The translations under genes and the position numbers were made by a program. Below, in pieces: positions 49,334-57,674 of a stretch of 64,000 nt of DNA. Numbering within the stretch: position 1 is the first letter of the stretch; each line of letters begins with the position of its first letter. The stretch spans positions 64,001 through 128,000 of the forward strand of contig CAWJSK010000023.1 in the NCBI GenBank assembly GCA_963845535.1. Direction: 5' to 3'. This DNA comes from an uncultured Spirochaetota bacterium (lineage in GTDB: Bacteria > Spirochaetota > Spirochaetia > SZUA-6 > Fen-1364). Below the pieces are notes generated by a model. The model was not told where the DNA came from and did no database searches. It saw only the letters and a list, made by a program, of their open reading frames with translations.

Positions 49334-50170
49334 ATGATCGTCCGAAAAAGATTGCTTCCGCCGGGTTGGTATCCATCAGGGGCGGACAACACCATTGACG
49401 CCATAGAGGCGATGTCCCGGCGCCTCCCTGCGCGGCCGGAAGGACAGGGAGTTGCCGGCGTCGTCCCGCACGCTGGCTGGGAGTTCTCAGGGTGCCTCGC
49501 CCTGGAGGTGATGTCATACCTTTCGCGCAGCATCGATACCATCGTTATTATCGGCGGTCATCTGGGCCCTTCTGACGGAATATTGTGCTCCATGGAGGAC
49601 TCCTTTGAAACTCCCCTGGGCCCCATGCCCGCCGACGGAGAGCTGCGTGAAGCGCTTCGCGCCTCCTTTCCCATGAGGGAGGACCTGTGCGCGGACAACT
49701 CGGTGGAAGTGCAGCTTCCTTTTGCGAAGCACCTTTTTCCTGATGCGCGCCTCCTGAGCTTGCGCGCCTCGCCATCGGAGGAAGCCGTACGACTTGGCGC
49801 CGCCATCGCCTCCGCGGCCAAGGCCTCGGGACGGAAAGTCGCCGTCATCGGCTCGACCGACCTCACTCACTATGGCCCCAACTACGGGTTTTCTCCCATG
49901 GGGAAGGGAGAAAAGGCGCGCGTGTGGGTCAGGGACGTGAACGATCGGCGGATCATTCAGGCACTGGTGGCAATGGACTGCGCTTCGGTGCACGAGCTTG
50001 CCGGAAAGGAAAGGTCTGCCTGCTCGGCAGGAGGAGCGCTTTGCGCGGTCAGCTTCGCCAGAGAGATGGGCGTCCGTAAAGGACAGCTTCTGCGGTACAT
50101 GACAAGCTATGATGTGCATCCTGCGGATTCGTTTGTGGGATACGCCGGAGTGCTCTATGGCCCCCAATAG
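49334..50170 (+). CDS. MEMO1 family protein (AmmeMemoRadiSam protein B)
   Basis: GWYP, PHAGW.FSG, SVEVQLPF, STDLTHYG and VGYAG motifs; GGAGG RBS. Confidence 0.88.
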   Translation: MIVRKRLLPPGWYPSGADNTIDAIEAMSRRLPARPEGQGVAGVVPHAGWEFSGCLALEVMSYLSRSIDTIVIIGGHLGPSDGILCSMEDSFETPLGPMPADGELREALRASFPMREDLCADNSVEVQLPFAKHLFPDARLLSLRASPSEEAVRLGAAIASAAKASGRKVAVIGSTDLTHYGPNYGFSPMGKGEKARVWVRDVNDRRIIQALVAMDCASVHELAGKERSACSAGGALCAVSFAREMGVRKGQLLRYMTSYDVHPADSFVGYAGVLYGPQ

Positions 50171-50232
50171 TCAGTATGCGAACCGCGCGAATCTTCTCCG
50201 CGAACCAAGGTGAATCACCGCGCCAACCCGTT

Positions 50233-51933
50233 TCACGCGCGCGCGCCGAAGGACGTCATCCTGTCCACCCGGTCCAAGGCCCACTGACGTGATTCTTGAA
50301 GGCAGGCCGCGCCGTTTTCCGTGCCCTTGGCGTCGCGCTGGATACGGGCGGCAATTGGCAGGATAGTAGCCCAAAGCTTTTTCCGCTCTGCCGAAAGCCC
50401 GTAGAAGTAGCGTCCCAGCGGGGCGGCCGGATCAGGGAGCGCGCGCAGGGCCTCCCCGTAGTCGCTCAGGAACTCACTCCATCCGCGCTGGGCGGGGGCG
50501 TCCTCGAAACGATCGGGCTGCGCGGCGTCTGACGGCTGCGCGGCGCCGGGCGGATTTGCGGCGCCTGGCGGCTGCGCGGTCCTCTGGATCAGCTTGGAAA
50601 GCCGCGCCCTGTAGTCGCGAAGCACAGGGGTGCTGTAGCGGATACCCGCGGCTTCGCGCTCAGCCGTCAGCCCGGGACACGCGAAGACAAACGACGTCAG
50701 GCTGCTTTCAATGGGCGAGCTGCGCTGAGAGCGCTCCAGAAAGTGCTCGAACAGGTACGTGCCTCGGGCGTAGGGCTTTGCCCGCGGGTAGCTGAAATCC
50801 GCTCCGTGCAGCCTGACCTCGGGAACGCCAAGGGCGCGGGCCAGTGAAACGGCGGCGTGGGTCACATTTCCGCCCGTTGTGTCCACCACGGGGAGATGGC
50901 CCACGCGTTCGCTGGCAAGCCGCGCAAAGGGATGAGCGCTTGCGAAGAATCGACTCTGGGCGCCGGCGCGACGCACCAGGAACGGAGGGGAGGCCAGGTC
51001 GAAGAAGAAAGTCGTGGCGGCCGGAAAGCCCGTCAGGAAGTGATGATAGCTGTACGCCTGGCAGTCCAGCGACACGACGATCTCGGGCGGCACGCCTGCT
51101 TTCATGAGCGCCGGAAGCGAGGTATCGGTGGCAATGATGATGCTCTCATGGCTTCTCTCCGCAAGCTCCTCGAGGCTGCATTCGAGAGACGGCCCGGCAG
51201 CCGTCACATGAGCGACCCTTGCCTGAGGCCAGGCCGACGGTGCGCGCTCACCGCGAGCCAGCGCCACTAATGCGCCCTCACCGGAAGCCCGCGCCATTGA
51301 TGGCAGGTTGAGGAGCATGTTCGTAAACCATCTTTTTCCGAAAAGCGCCTGCACTCCGTAATCGGCCTGAGCCTCTTCCGCAGCCAGCCGAAGCTCCTCT
51401 GCCGCCTTGTCGAAGAACCGGTGTTCTGCCTCGCACCACGGCCGGACGGGGAGCGAGGCGAGGTTCCCGCAGATGGCCGGCACGTAGGAGGAAAGGAGGG
51501 CGCTGCGCAGCTCTGCCGCGCCTGCCCTCAGGAGGACCCGGCTGTCTGAGAGAACCGGGGAGAGCGGGAGGTTGGCAAAGAGGGACTTGAGAGTCGAGAC
51601 ATCTTTTTCGACGATCAGGACCGCGCATGCGCTGGGCTGGCGAAGGAACGCTGCCGGCACGTATCCGCCGCCCAGGCCGAGACAAACGAGATATCCTGTT
51701 TCCCCAAGGGATTTCGTGAGACGCTCTGCCTCCCTTGCCGGATCAACGAGGGAGTGAAAAGGCTGGTCCCCGGCGTTTTCCCGCAGGACGGGCACGATGG
51801 CGCCGCTTTTTGCCGGGCGAAAAGCCAGGGACTGGTTGGGAGCGCTTTTTTCGATCAAGGCAGAGAGCGCGGGATCAATCGTCGAAAGCGCTGCCAGGTT
51901 TCGAGCCAGGTGGCTCGGCGCTTCAGGCTGCAT
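50233..51933 (-). CDS. Maf/DUF115 (MptE-like) motility-associated factor family protein
   Basis: FHSLVDP.REA, LGLGGGY, AAGPSL, ATDT, D.Q, GGNV and GADFSY motifs. Confidence 0.8.
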   Translation of the reverse strand: MQPEAPSHLARNLAALSTIDPALSALIEKSAPNQSLAFRPAKSGAIVPVLRENAGDQPFHSLVDPAREAERLTKSLGETGYLVCLGLGGGYVPAAFLRQPSACAVLIVEKDVSTLKSLFANLPLSPVLSDSRVLLRAGAAELRSALLSSYVPAICGNLASLPVRPWCEAEHRFFDKAAEELRLAAEEAQADYGVQALFGKRWFTNMLLNLPSMARASGEGALVALARGERAPSAWPQARVAHVTAAGPSLECSLEELAERSHESIIIATDTSLPALMKAGVPPEIVVSLDCQAYSYHHFLTGFPAATTFFFDLASPPFLVRRAGAQSRFFASAHPFARLASERVGHLPVVDTTGGNVTHAAVSLARALGVPEVRLHGADFSYPRAKPYARGTYLFEHFLERSQRSSPIESSLTSFVFACPGLTAEREAAGIRYSTPVLRDYRARLSKLIQRTAQPPGAANPPGAAQPSDAAQPDRFEDAPAQRGWSEFLSDYGEALRALPDPAAPLGRYFYGLSAERKKLWATILPIAARIQRDAKGTENGAACLQESRQWALDRVDRMTSFGARA

Positions 51934-53602
51934 TCAGCATTCTTTCTTCGAGGGCTCTCAGGAATTGTCGGCAGTCCTCGAGAAGGCGAATTGCCGACTC
52001 CCGTGCCTTCTGCGCGTTCCCGAGCCTGGCCGTTCGTTTCGTTTCAAGTAGCTGACGAGTTGCAAGGTGGAAAGAAAGATCGAAAACGGTCCCGGCTGCA
52101 AGGGCGCCAAGGCCGTCGGATCCCTCCGCTTTCGCTCTTCCTTCCGCAAGGCAGTCGCTCCACTCACGGAGGACGCGCGAAGCCGCGGAGATCCGGGCGG
52201 CCCGCGAGCCGAGGGGAGAATAGAGGGTGAAGCGGGGGCCCGCCGAAGAGGCGCGCGAGTTGCGGACGAGCTCTCGGAGGGACGCAGCGTCGAGCGGAAT
52301 CATCTCGGGCAGGGACACCGCCGACGGGAGAAGACGATAGACGCTGCCCCCCATGCCGGACTCTTCTGGCCGTTGTCGGGTGCCAGCACCTCTCTGGCCC
52401 TGTCCCAGCCAGCCTGCGTACGTCCTGAGCGACAAGGGGGCGCGCGCGCTTGCGCTCCCTTTCACGCGCATCGAGCCCTGGTCCACGGACCTGCCGTACC
52501 AGACGCCCTCACACGGGGAAGTCCTTCCGCTTTGAAGCTGGAAAAGTGTCTCGAACTCGTTCGGCCGCGCGTGGGAGATCACGTCGTTGGTGCACATGTC
52601 GAGCCCGGCGAGGATGATCGGGCCCTTTGTGAAAGCGCGCGCAAGGTCGAGCGCGGTTGCGGCCACGGTGCCGTGAGGGGCAATCATGGGCGCGGACACC
52701 GGGCGCATGGCATGAAGGAAAGCTCCCTCCAAGGCCCCTGGTTGCGCGAGCAGGAATGGCCGCGGCAACGAAAGCTCCCACAAGCCACGGGCCGCCGAAA
52801 GGGGCATCGCAACCGGGCAGGTGGGCGCGGCGTGATGGAAGTGGGAGATCGCCCAATAGCCGGGATCAGTCATGACGAACAGGTCGGGTTTCAGACCCGC
52901 CGCTGCCAGGAAGTTCGCGCTGGAGGGGAGGGCCCACACATCGATTGCATCCCGCGCCTCTCGGAGAAGGGGAGCCGCGAGCTCGAGGCTCGGCCCCGAG
53001 GCTGCGATGACGACAATCCTGTCTGCGGCGCAGGGAACCCCTTGAAGGATTTCGTCGAAGGAAAGGAAATTTGCCAGGCTGTTTCGAAGCCAGAGCCTCC
53101 CCATGGACATCGTGGTCACCAGGCTGCCGTTGAGCTCGCGAAGGACCTGCTGCATGGCTTCGTTCGCCTCGCGAGAGCGATCCGCAAAGAGCCTGGCCGA
53201 AGGCGGCCACTCGATCATTCGCAAGCCCTCGGCATCCAGCTCGCTGATTCGCGTTCTCAGGAACTCCGCGGCGCTTGTTCCTGAACCCGGGCTCCACGTG
53301 TCCCGGTCAGCCACGGCCCGGCCCTCCGTGGAACCGGCGGTGGGACTGAACGGAGAGCTTCGAAAAACCTCCTCGGAATAGAAAACCCGAATCACGCGCG
53401 CTCCAGAATGCGCGGCGTTGATCCAGTGGGAGAGATATCCGAGCCCTTCACCAAGAACGACGACAACGGAGGGCGTCTCGGCGCCGAGCGCGTTCATGAC
53501 AAACCGTTTCGCCTCCAGAGACGGATCATAGGGAGAGTGAAGCGCAATACCGTCGATTCTGATTGACGGGGACCCGGATCGTGAGGCGAATACCTCTACC
53601 AT
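51923..53602 (-). CDS. Second Maf/DUF115 family protein
   Basis: LHSPYDP..EA, GEGLGY, WLRN, ASGPSL, TDPGYW, HGTV and GLD motifs. Confidence 0.8.
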   Translation of the reverse strand: MVEVFASRSGSPSIRIDGIALHSPYDPSLEAKRFVMNALGAETPSVVVVLGEGLGYLSHWINAAHSGARVIRVFYSEEVFRSSPFSPTAGSTEGRAVADRDTWSPGSGTSAAEFLRTRISELDAEGLRMIEWPPSARLFADRSREANEAMQQVLRELNGSLVTTMSMGRLWLRNSLANFLSFDEILQGVPCAADRIVVIAASGPSLELAAPLLREARDAIDVWALPSSANFLAAAGLKPDLFVMTDPGYWAISHFHHAAPTCPVAMPLSAARGLWELSLPRPFLLAQPGALEGAFLHAMRPVSAPMIAPHGTVAATALDLARAFTKGPIILAGLDMCTNDVISHARPNEFETLFQLQSGRTSPCEGVWYGRSVDQGSMRVKGSASARAPLSLRTYAGWLGQGQRGAGTRQRPEESGMGGSVYRLLPSAVSLPEMIPLDAASLRELVRNSRASSAGPRFTLYSPLGSRAARISAASRVLREWSDCLAEGRAKAEGSDGLGALAAGTVFDLSFHLATRQLLETKRTARLGNAQKARESAIRLLEDCRQFLRALEERMLNAA

Positions 53603-53608
53603 GCGGGA

Positions 53609-54733
53609 TCAGGAGGAAAGGAAGGAAACAAGGTCCCGAACGTCGGCTCCCTCATCCGGCCAGATCCGGGACTTCAGCACCTCGACCAGGGAGCCTTTCT
53701 CCTCAGGCGGTGCGCCTGCAAAGCGGCTGCCCAGAAAATAGCGAAGCTGGTGAAGGAAAAGGGGAATGTCGTCACGGCTTGCCTCCTGAAGGCAGACGAG
53801 CAGCGCCCCGCCGGACAGCATGATGGCAACGCCCAGGTCAGCCAGGAATGCATCAAGAAGGCTTCGCACGTCTTCCCGCAGGCGAAACAGGTCGAGATCT
53901 TCGTGCCCGGCGGCGATCTCCCGAACATAGGAGCCCAGATTGAGGGAGAGGAACAGCATTTTTCTCCCGCGCGCCTGGTTGGATTCGAGAAGGCGCGCAA
54001 CCTGTTCTTCCGGCGTGGCGGGTGGGCGCGCCGCCCGCGCCTGGCTCAGCTTCATCAGGAACCCGCGGGCCCTCTGGAGAAGGGGCGCGACATCCGCGGC
54101 GACGTCTTTGAGGCAGGAGAGAAACGCCGCGGCGCCCGAAAAAGGAGGATGGGCTTCCGTGATGAGGAGAACGCCCACGAGAGTGTCCTCGAAGATGTAG
54201 GGGCAGAGGATGATCCGCTCGAGCACGGAGAACTCACGCGAGGAAAAAAACCGTTGGAACGCAGCCCGCTGCGCGGGATTGGTGACTTCCAGCGGGTCTC
54301 CGTTTGCCAGAGCGTTGAATGTCTCATTTGCCCCGAGCGGGATGCGCATCCGGTGAAGAGTCGTCTGGTCGAACCCATGGCTTGCCCAGGGCGCGTATTC
54401 GAGTCGCATGGGATCATAGAGAAGAAGGGCGCTCTTGGTAAGGGACAGCCGCTTGCGCAAGGTCGTAAAAAGGCGGGAAGGCAGCTCGACGCCGTCAGAA
54501 AGCGCCTTCGACTCCGCAACGAGGTCACGCGTGAGGTGGTTGTCGGAAAGCGGGACGGCGGTTTGAGCATCCGAGGAGCGTTCCGCGCTGGAGGCCGCGA
54601 GCGCCCGGATGCTGCGCTTCAGCAGCCCAAGGCTCTTGGAGGCACTCGAGACCGGGCGCTCCCGCGCCGCGAGCGGAGAAACGTTCGTGTCACCGACAGA
54701 TACGGCGCCGGCCGCCTTCCGCAGAAGGCCCAT
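53609..54733 (-). CDS. Hypothetical protein with GAF-like central domain
   Basis: 374-aa ORF abutting the upstream gene; repeated GLL(R/K) N-terminal motif, GFDQTT and VGVLLI GAF-like strand. Confidence 0.65.
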   Translation of the reverse strand: MGLLRKAAGAVSVGDTNVSPLAARERPVSSASKSLGLLKRSIRALAASSAERSSDAQTAVPLSDNHLTRDLVAESKALSDGVELPSRLFTTLRKRLSLTKSALLLYDPMRLEYAPWASHGFDQTTLHRMRIPLGANETFNALANGDPLEVTNPAQRAAFQRFFSSREFSVLERIILCPYIFEDTLVGVLLITEAHPPFSGAAAFLSCLKDVAADVAPLLQRARGFLMKLSQARAARPPATPEEQVARLLESNQARGRKMLFLSLNLGSYVREIAAGHEDLDLFRLREDVRSLLDAFLADLGVAIMLSGGALLVCLQEASRDDIPLFLHQLRYFLGSRFAGAPPEEKGSLVEVLKSRIWPDEGADVRDLVSFLSS

Positions 54734-56431
54734 CTATTCACCCAGACCGAGATCCTCGAAAAGCTTCTTGTACATCACGAAGTAGTCCGATTTGGCGAAC
54801 TCCTGGATTTTTTCATCCGGCAGCGCCTCGAGAAGGTGGTCCATATATTTGAGGACCGTGCGGATCTCATCCTTGAGGTCATCCGGGATTGCCGCGGCGC
54901 CTTCTTTTGCGGCGGGCGCGTGGCGGGAAGCCCCTTCATCTGCCGGGACTTCCTCCACCTCCAGCACCTCGTCCGCGAGCGCCATGGGCTCCGCGTCCCT
55001 GCCGGTTGATTCGCTCTCGAAGGGGATCTCGATTTCCGCCTGAGAAGGCGCGTTCCGGGCGGGCTCATCCGCCACCGGCTCGAGCTCACCAAGGTCGAGG
55101 TCTTCCACGGGAGCGGCCGTGTCATCGGATTCCAGCTCCTGTGCCTCCGCCGCGAGGGCTTCCAGGTCAACGTCTCCGCTTGGCTCGTCAGCGCGCTCCG
55201 AGGAGCCCTTTGGCAGCTCAGCGGCCTCCAGGGGTTCCAGCTCTCCCACTTCCTCTTCCAGGTCGAGCGTTTCCAGGTCCCCCGGCTCCGAAGATGCTTC
55301 CACGCCCTTGTCTTCGATGGTCTCGATTTCGGGAATCCCTTCCAAGTCGAGCTCGGGAAGACCTTCAGAAAGCGCGGCAGGCGCAGGCGTTGCAGTCTCA
55401 GCGGAGAGGTCTTCCAGCTCCAGCTCCGCAGGAAGGCCTTCCGTAAGCGCCTCGATATCGGTCTGTGAAGCTTCCCGGTTCCCGTTTGTCTCCAGGCTTC
55501 CCTCGGTTTCAAGCGGTATGTCCGCGGACTCCAGGCCGAGGATGTCATCCTGCGGCGATGACTCGGGAGTCCCCTCTCCGATCTCGGTCAGGTCAAGGGG
55601 CTCATCCACGGGAGCAGTCTCAGCCGACTCTTCGGTTATCTCCGCCGTGTTCAGGATATTGTCGAGCTCATCCCCGGTCAGGGCAATGGTCTCATCCTCG
55701 TCCTCATCAAAGAAGCCGCTCTGGGATTCGGTGCCGGCAGCGGGGGCGGCTACGGCAGGCTCGGCGCCGGGCTTGCGCATTCCCGACAGCTCGCCGCGGA
55801 GCTGCGTAAGGTCCGCCCGGATGGACCGAAGCTCGTCCTCGATGCGTGAGAGGATCTCGGATGATGCGGCTTGCGGCTTGGAGGCTGACGCGGAGACTGA
55901 GGCAAGCTCGCTCTCCAGCGCGTCAAGGTCCTCGAATCGTTCCTGTCCAGCCCCGGTGTCAGAGAGAGTCACCTCGACCTCGTTGGCTTCAGCGGCGCCG
56001 CGCCTGCCCTTCTGCGTGCCGGAGGGCTGGGACGGTTCTTCCTCCAACTCCAGCTCAGGAAGCTCCTCTTCAGAGACAGGTTCCAGCTCCGTGGCGTCAG
56101 AAGGCTCGGCTTCCGTCACTTCCGAGATGTCAGGCAGTTCCTCATCTTCCGTGAGAAGCGGTTCTTCCTCCGGGATTGAGGGCTCCTTGGAGCTTTCGGA
56201 AGGGCCGAGCTCCGTGTCCAGCTCATCGAGAAGCTCCTCTTCCTCCAGAGTCAGGGTGCTTTCCGCGGAAGACTGGCGCGAAGCGGCTCCTGAGGTCTCC
56301 AGGTCCGTGAGCTCGAACGACCCTTCCGCTGCCTGGGACTCCGCAACCGTGCGCGGCTCGACCTTCACCCAGACGCCATACCGCTCGAGTTTCTGCTCTC
56401 CTGCCGGGTTGTCCTGTGTTTCCCTTCCCAT
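54734..56431 (-). CDS. Highly acidic low-complexity hypothetical protein
   Basis: AGGAG RBS; ordered islands LERYGVWVK, GFFDEDEDETIALTGDELDNILNTA and VLKYMDHLLEALP...FAKS.YF..YKKLFEDLGL separated by E/D-rich linkers. Confidence 0.8.
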   Translation of the reverse strand: MGRETQDNPAGEQKLERYGVWVKVEPRTVAESQAAEGSFELTDLETSGAASRQSSAESTLTLEEEELLDELDTELGPSESSKEPSIPEEEPLLTEDEELPDISEVTEAEPSDATELEPVSEEELPELELEEEPSQPSGTQKGRRGAAEANEVEVTLSDTGAGQERFEDLDALESELASVSASASKPQAASSEILSRIEDELRSIRADLTQLRGELSGMRKPGAEPAVAAPAAGTESQSGFFDEDEDETIALTGDELDNILNTAEITEESAETAPVDEPLDLTEIGEGTPESSPQDDILGLESADIPLETEGSLETNGNREASQTDIEALTEGLPAELELEDLSAETATPAPAALSEGLPELDLEGIPEIETIEDKGVEASSEPGDLETLDLEEEVGELEPLEAAELPKGSSERADEPSGDVDLEALAAEAQELESDDTAAPVEDLDLGELEPVADEPARNAPSQAEIEIPFESESTGRDAEPMALADEVLEVEEVPADEGASRHAPAAKEGAAAIPDDLKDEIRTVLKYMDHLLEALPDEKIQEFAKSDYFVMYKKLFEDLGLGE

Positions 56432-56465
56432 TCCCATCTCCTGAGGATGCGTTACGCTCTCCTCA

Positions 56466-56493
56466 TTATCGGCAAGATCTGCCGCTCACTTTC
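56466..56493 (-). promoter_or_regulatory. Putative sigma28 (FliA) promoter
   Basis: Minus strand GAAA, 16-nt spacer, GCCGATAA (perfect sigma28 -10), about 35 nt upstream of the acidic-protein start. Confidence 0.65.
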
Positions 56494-56617
56494 ACGTATT
56501 TCTCCCAGCGCAAGAGTAATCTGTACGTTTTGCGGTTGTCAACGGCGGATTTCAACCTGAATTGCCGTTTTCTTCTCATCTTTATCCCGGAGCGCGCCGT
56601 TATCAGGAGTGAAGAGT

Positions 56618-57055
56618 ATGCGCCGCCTCCTGCCGATCTTCTTTGCCGGATTTGCCATCGCTTCTATCTGCATTTATTTTTTCGGTGACTCGGGGTTGCT
56701 CGCCTATGGACGGCTCGACGGCTACCGGCAGGCTCTCGCCGCGAACGTCGAAAGCCTTCAGGCACGGAACGCAAGCTTCACCGGAGAGCTCGCCGCGCTC
56801 CGCGACGACCCGCAGAGAAGTCTCGTCATGGCACGGGACATCGGGCTTTATCAGGCAGGGGATGAGGTCGTGAAAATCGAGGGTTTTGTCCCGGCGGCAA
56901 TTTCAAACGAAGTGGGCGCGCTGCTCAAGCTTCGAAAGAGCACCACGTCGCGGAACACGATATTCAAGGCGACAGGAATAGGCATTTCCGGCCTTCTTGC
57001 CGCGTTTGCCGCAGCCGCGGCCCGCGCCTCACGGAGGAAGGGCAGGGGAGCCTGA
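56618..57055 (+). CDS. Septum formation initiator (FtsB/DivIC-like)
   Basis: N-terminal TM, FGDSG, coiled coil and AR.IGL...GD motif. Confidence 0.75.
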   Translation: MRRLLPIFFAGFAIASICIYFFGDSGLLAYGRLDGYRQALAANVESLQARNASFTGELAALRDDPQRSLVMARDIGLYQAGDEVVKIEGFVPAAISNEVGALLKLRKSTTSRNTIFKATGIGISGLLAAFAAAAARASRRKGRGA

Positions 57056-57060
57056 CGTCC

Positions 57061-57627
57061 ATGGTGGCGCGCGCCGCTGACCCCGGCTCTGAAGCGCTTC
57101 TTGCGCGGACGCTCTCCGAAGGTGGAGTTGCCGTCATTCCCTGCGACACAATGTACGGCATCGCGGGAGCGGCTCCGGACACGGAAAAGAGGATCCGCGC
57201 CATCAAAGGCCGGGGAGAAACCAAGCCGTTCCTCCAGTTGATTGCCCATGCATCATGGGTTGCCCGGCTGTCAGACTTCGTGCTGCCGCAGAAGCTTGCA
57301 CAATACTGGCCGGGGCCGCTGACAATCATCTTTCCGGCGCGGGATGGGGGGACAGTGGCGCTTCGGCTGCCGGATTCCCCCTTTCTGCGGCAACTAATGG
57401 AAGCCGTTGGGCGGCCGCTCTACTCCACCAGCGTGAACCGGGCGGGCAAGGAGCCGATGTTCGACATCGAGCTCATAAAAGAGGAGTTCGAGCGGGATGT
57501 CGATCTCATCTTCGACGCGGGGAATCTTCCTCCCCGACCCCCGTCCACTCTGCTCGACGTCTCGACGCGTCCTTACCGCATCCTTCGAAACGGCGCGCTG
57601 CGGATACCGCCCGAAGAACTGGGCTGA
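57061..57627 (+). CDS. tsaC: Threonylcarbamoyl-AMP synthase (YrdC/Sua5)
   Basis: PCDTMYG, IKGR...KP, WPGPLT, STSVN and PSTLLD motifs. Confidence 0.9.
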   Translation: MVARAADPGSEALLARTLSEGGVAVIPCDTMYGIAGAAPDTEKRIRAIKGRGETKPFLQLIAHASWVARLSDFVLPQKLAQYWPGPLTIIFPARDGGTVALRLPDSPFLRQLMEAVGRPLYSTSVNRAGKEPMFDIELIKEEFERDVDLIFDAGNLPPRPPSTLLDVSTRPYRILRNGALRIPPEELG

Positions 57628-57674
57628 GCCAGGCTGAGCCGCGGGCGGCGGCGCGGCGCGGCGTGGCACAGTTC

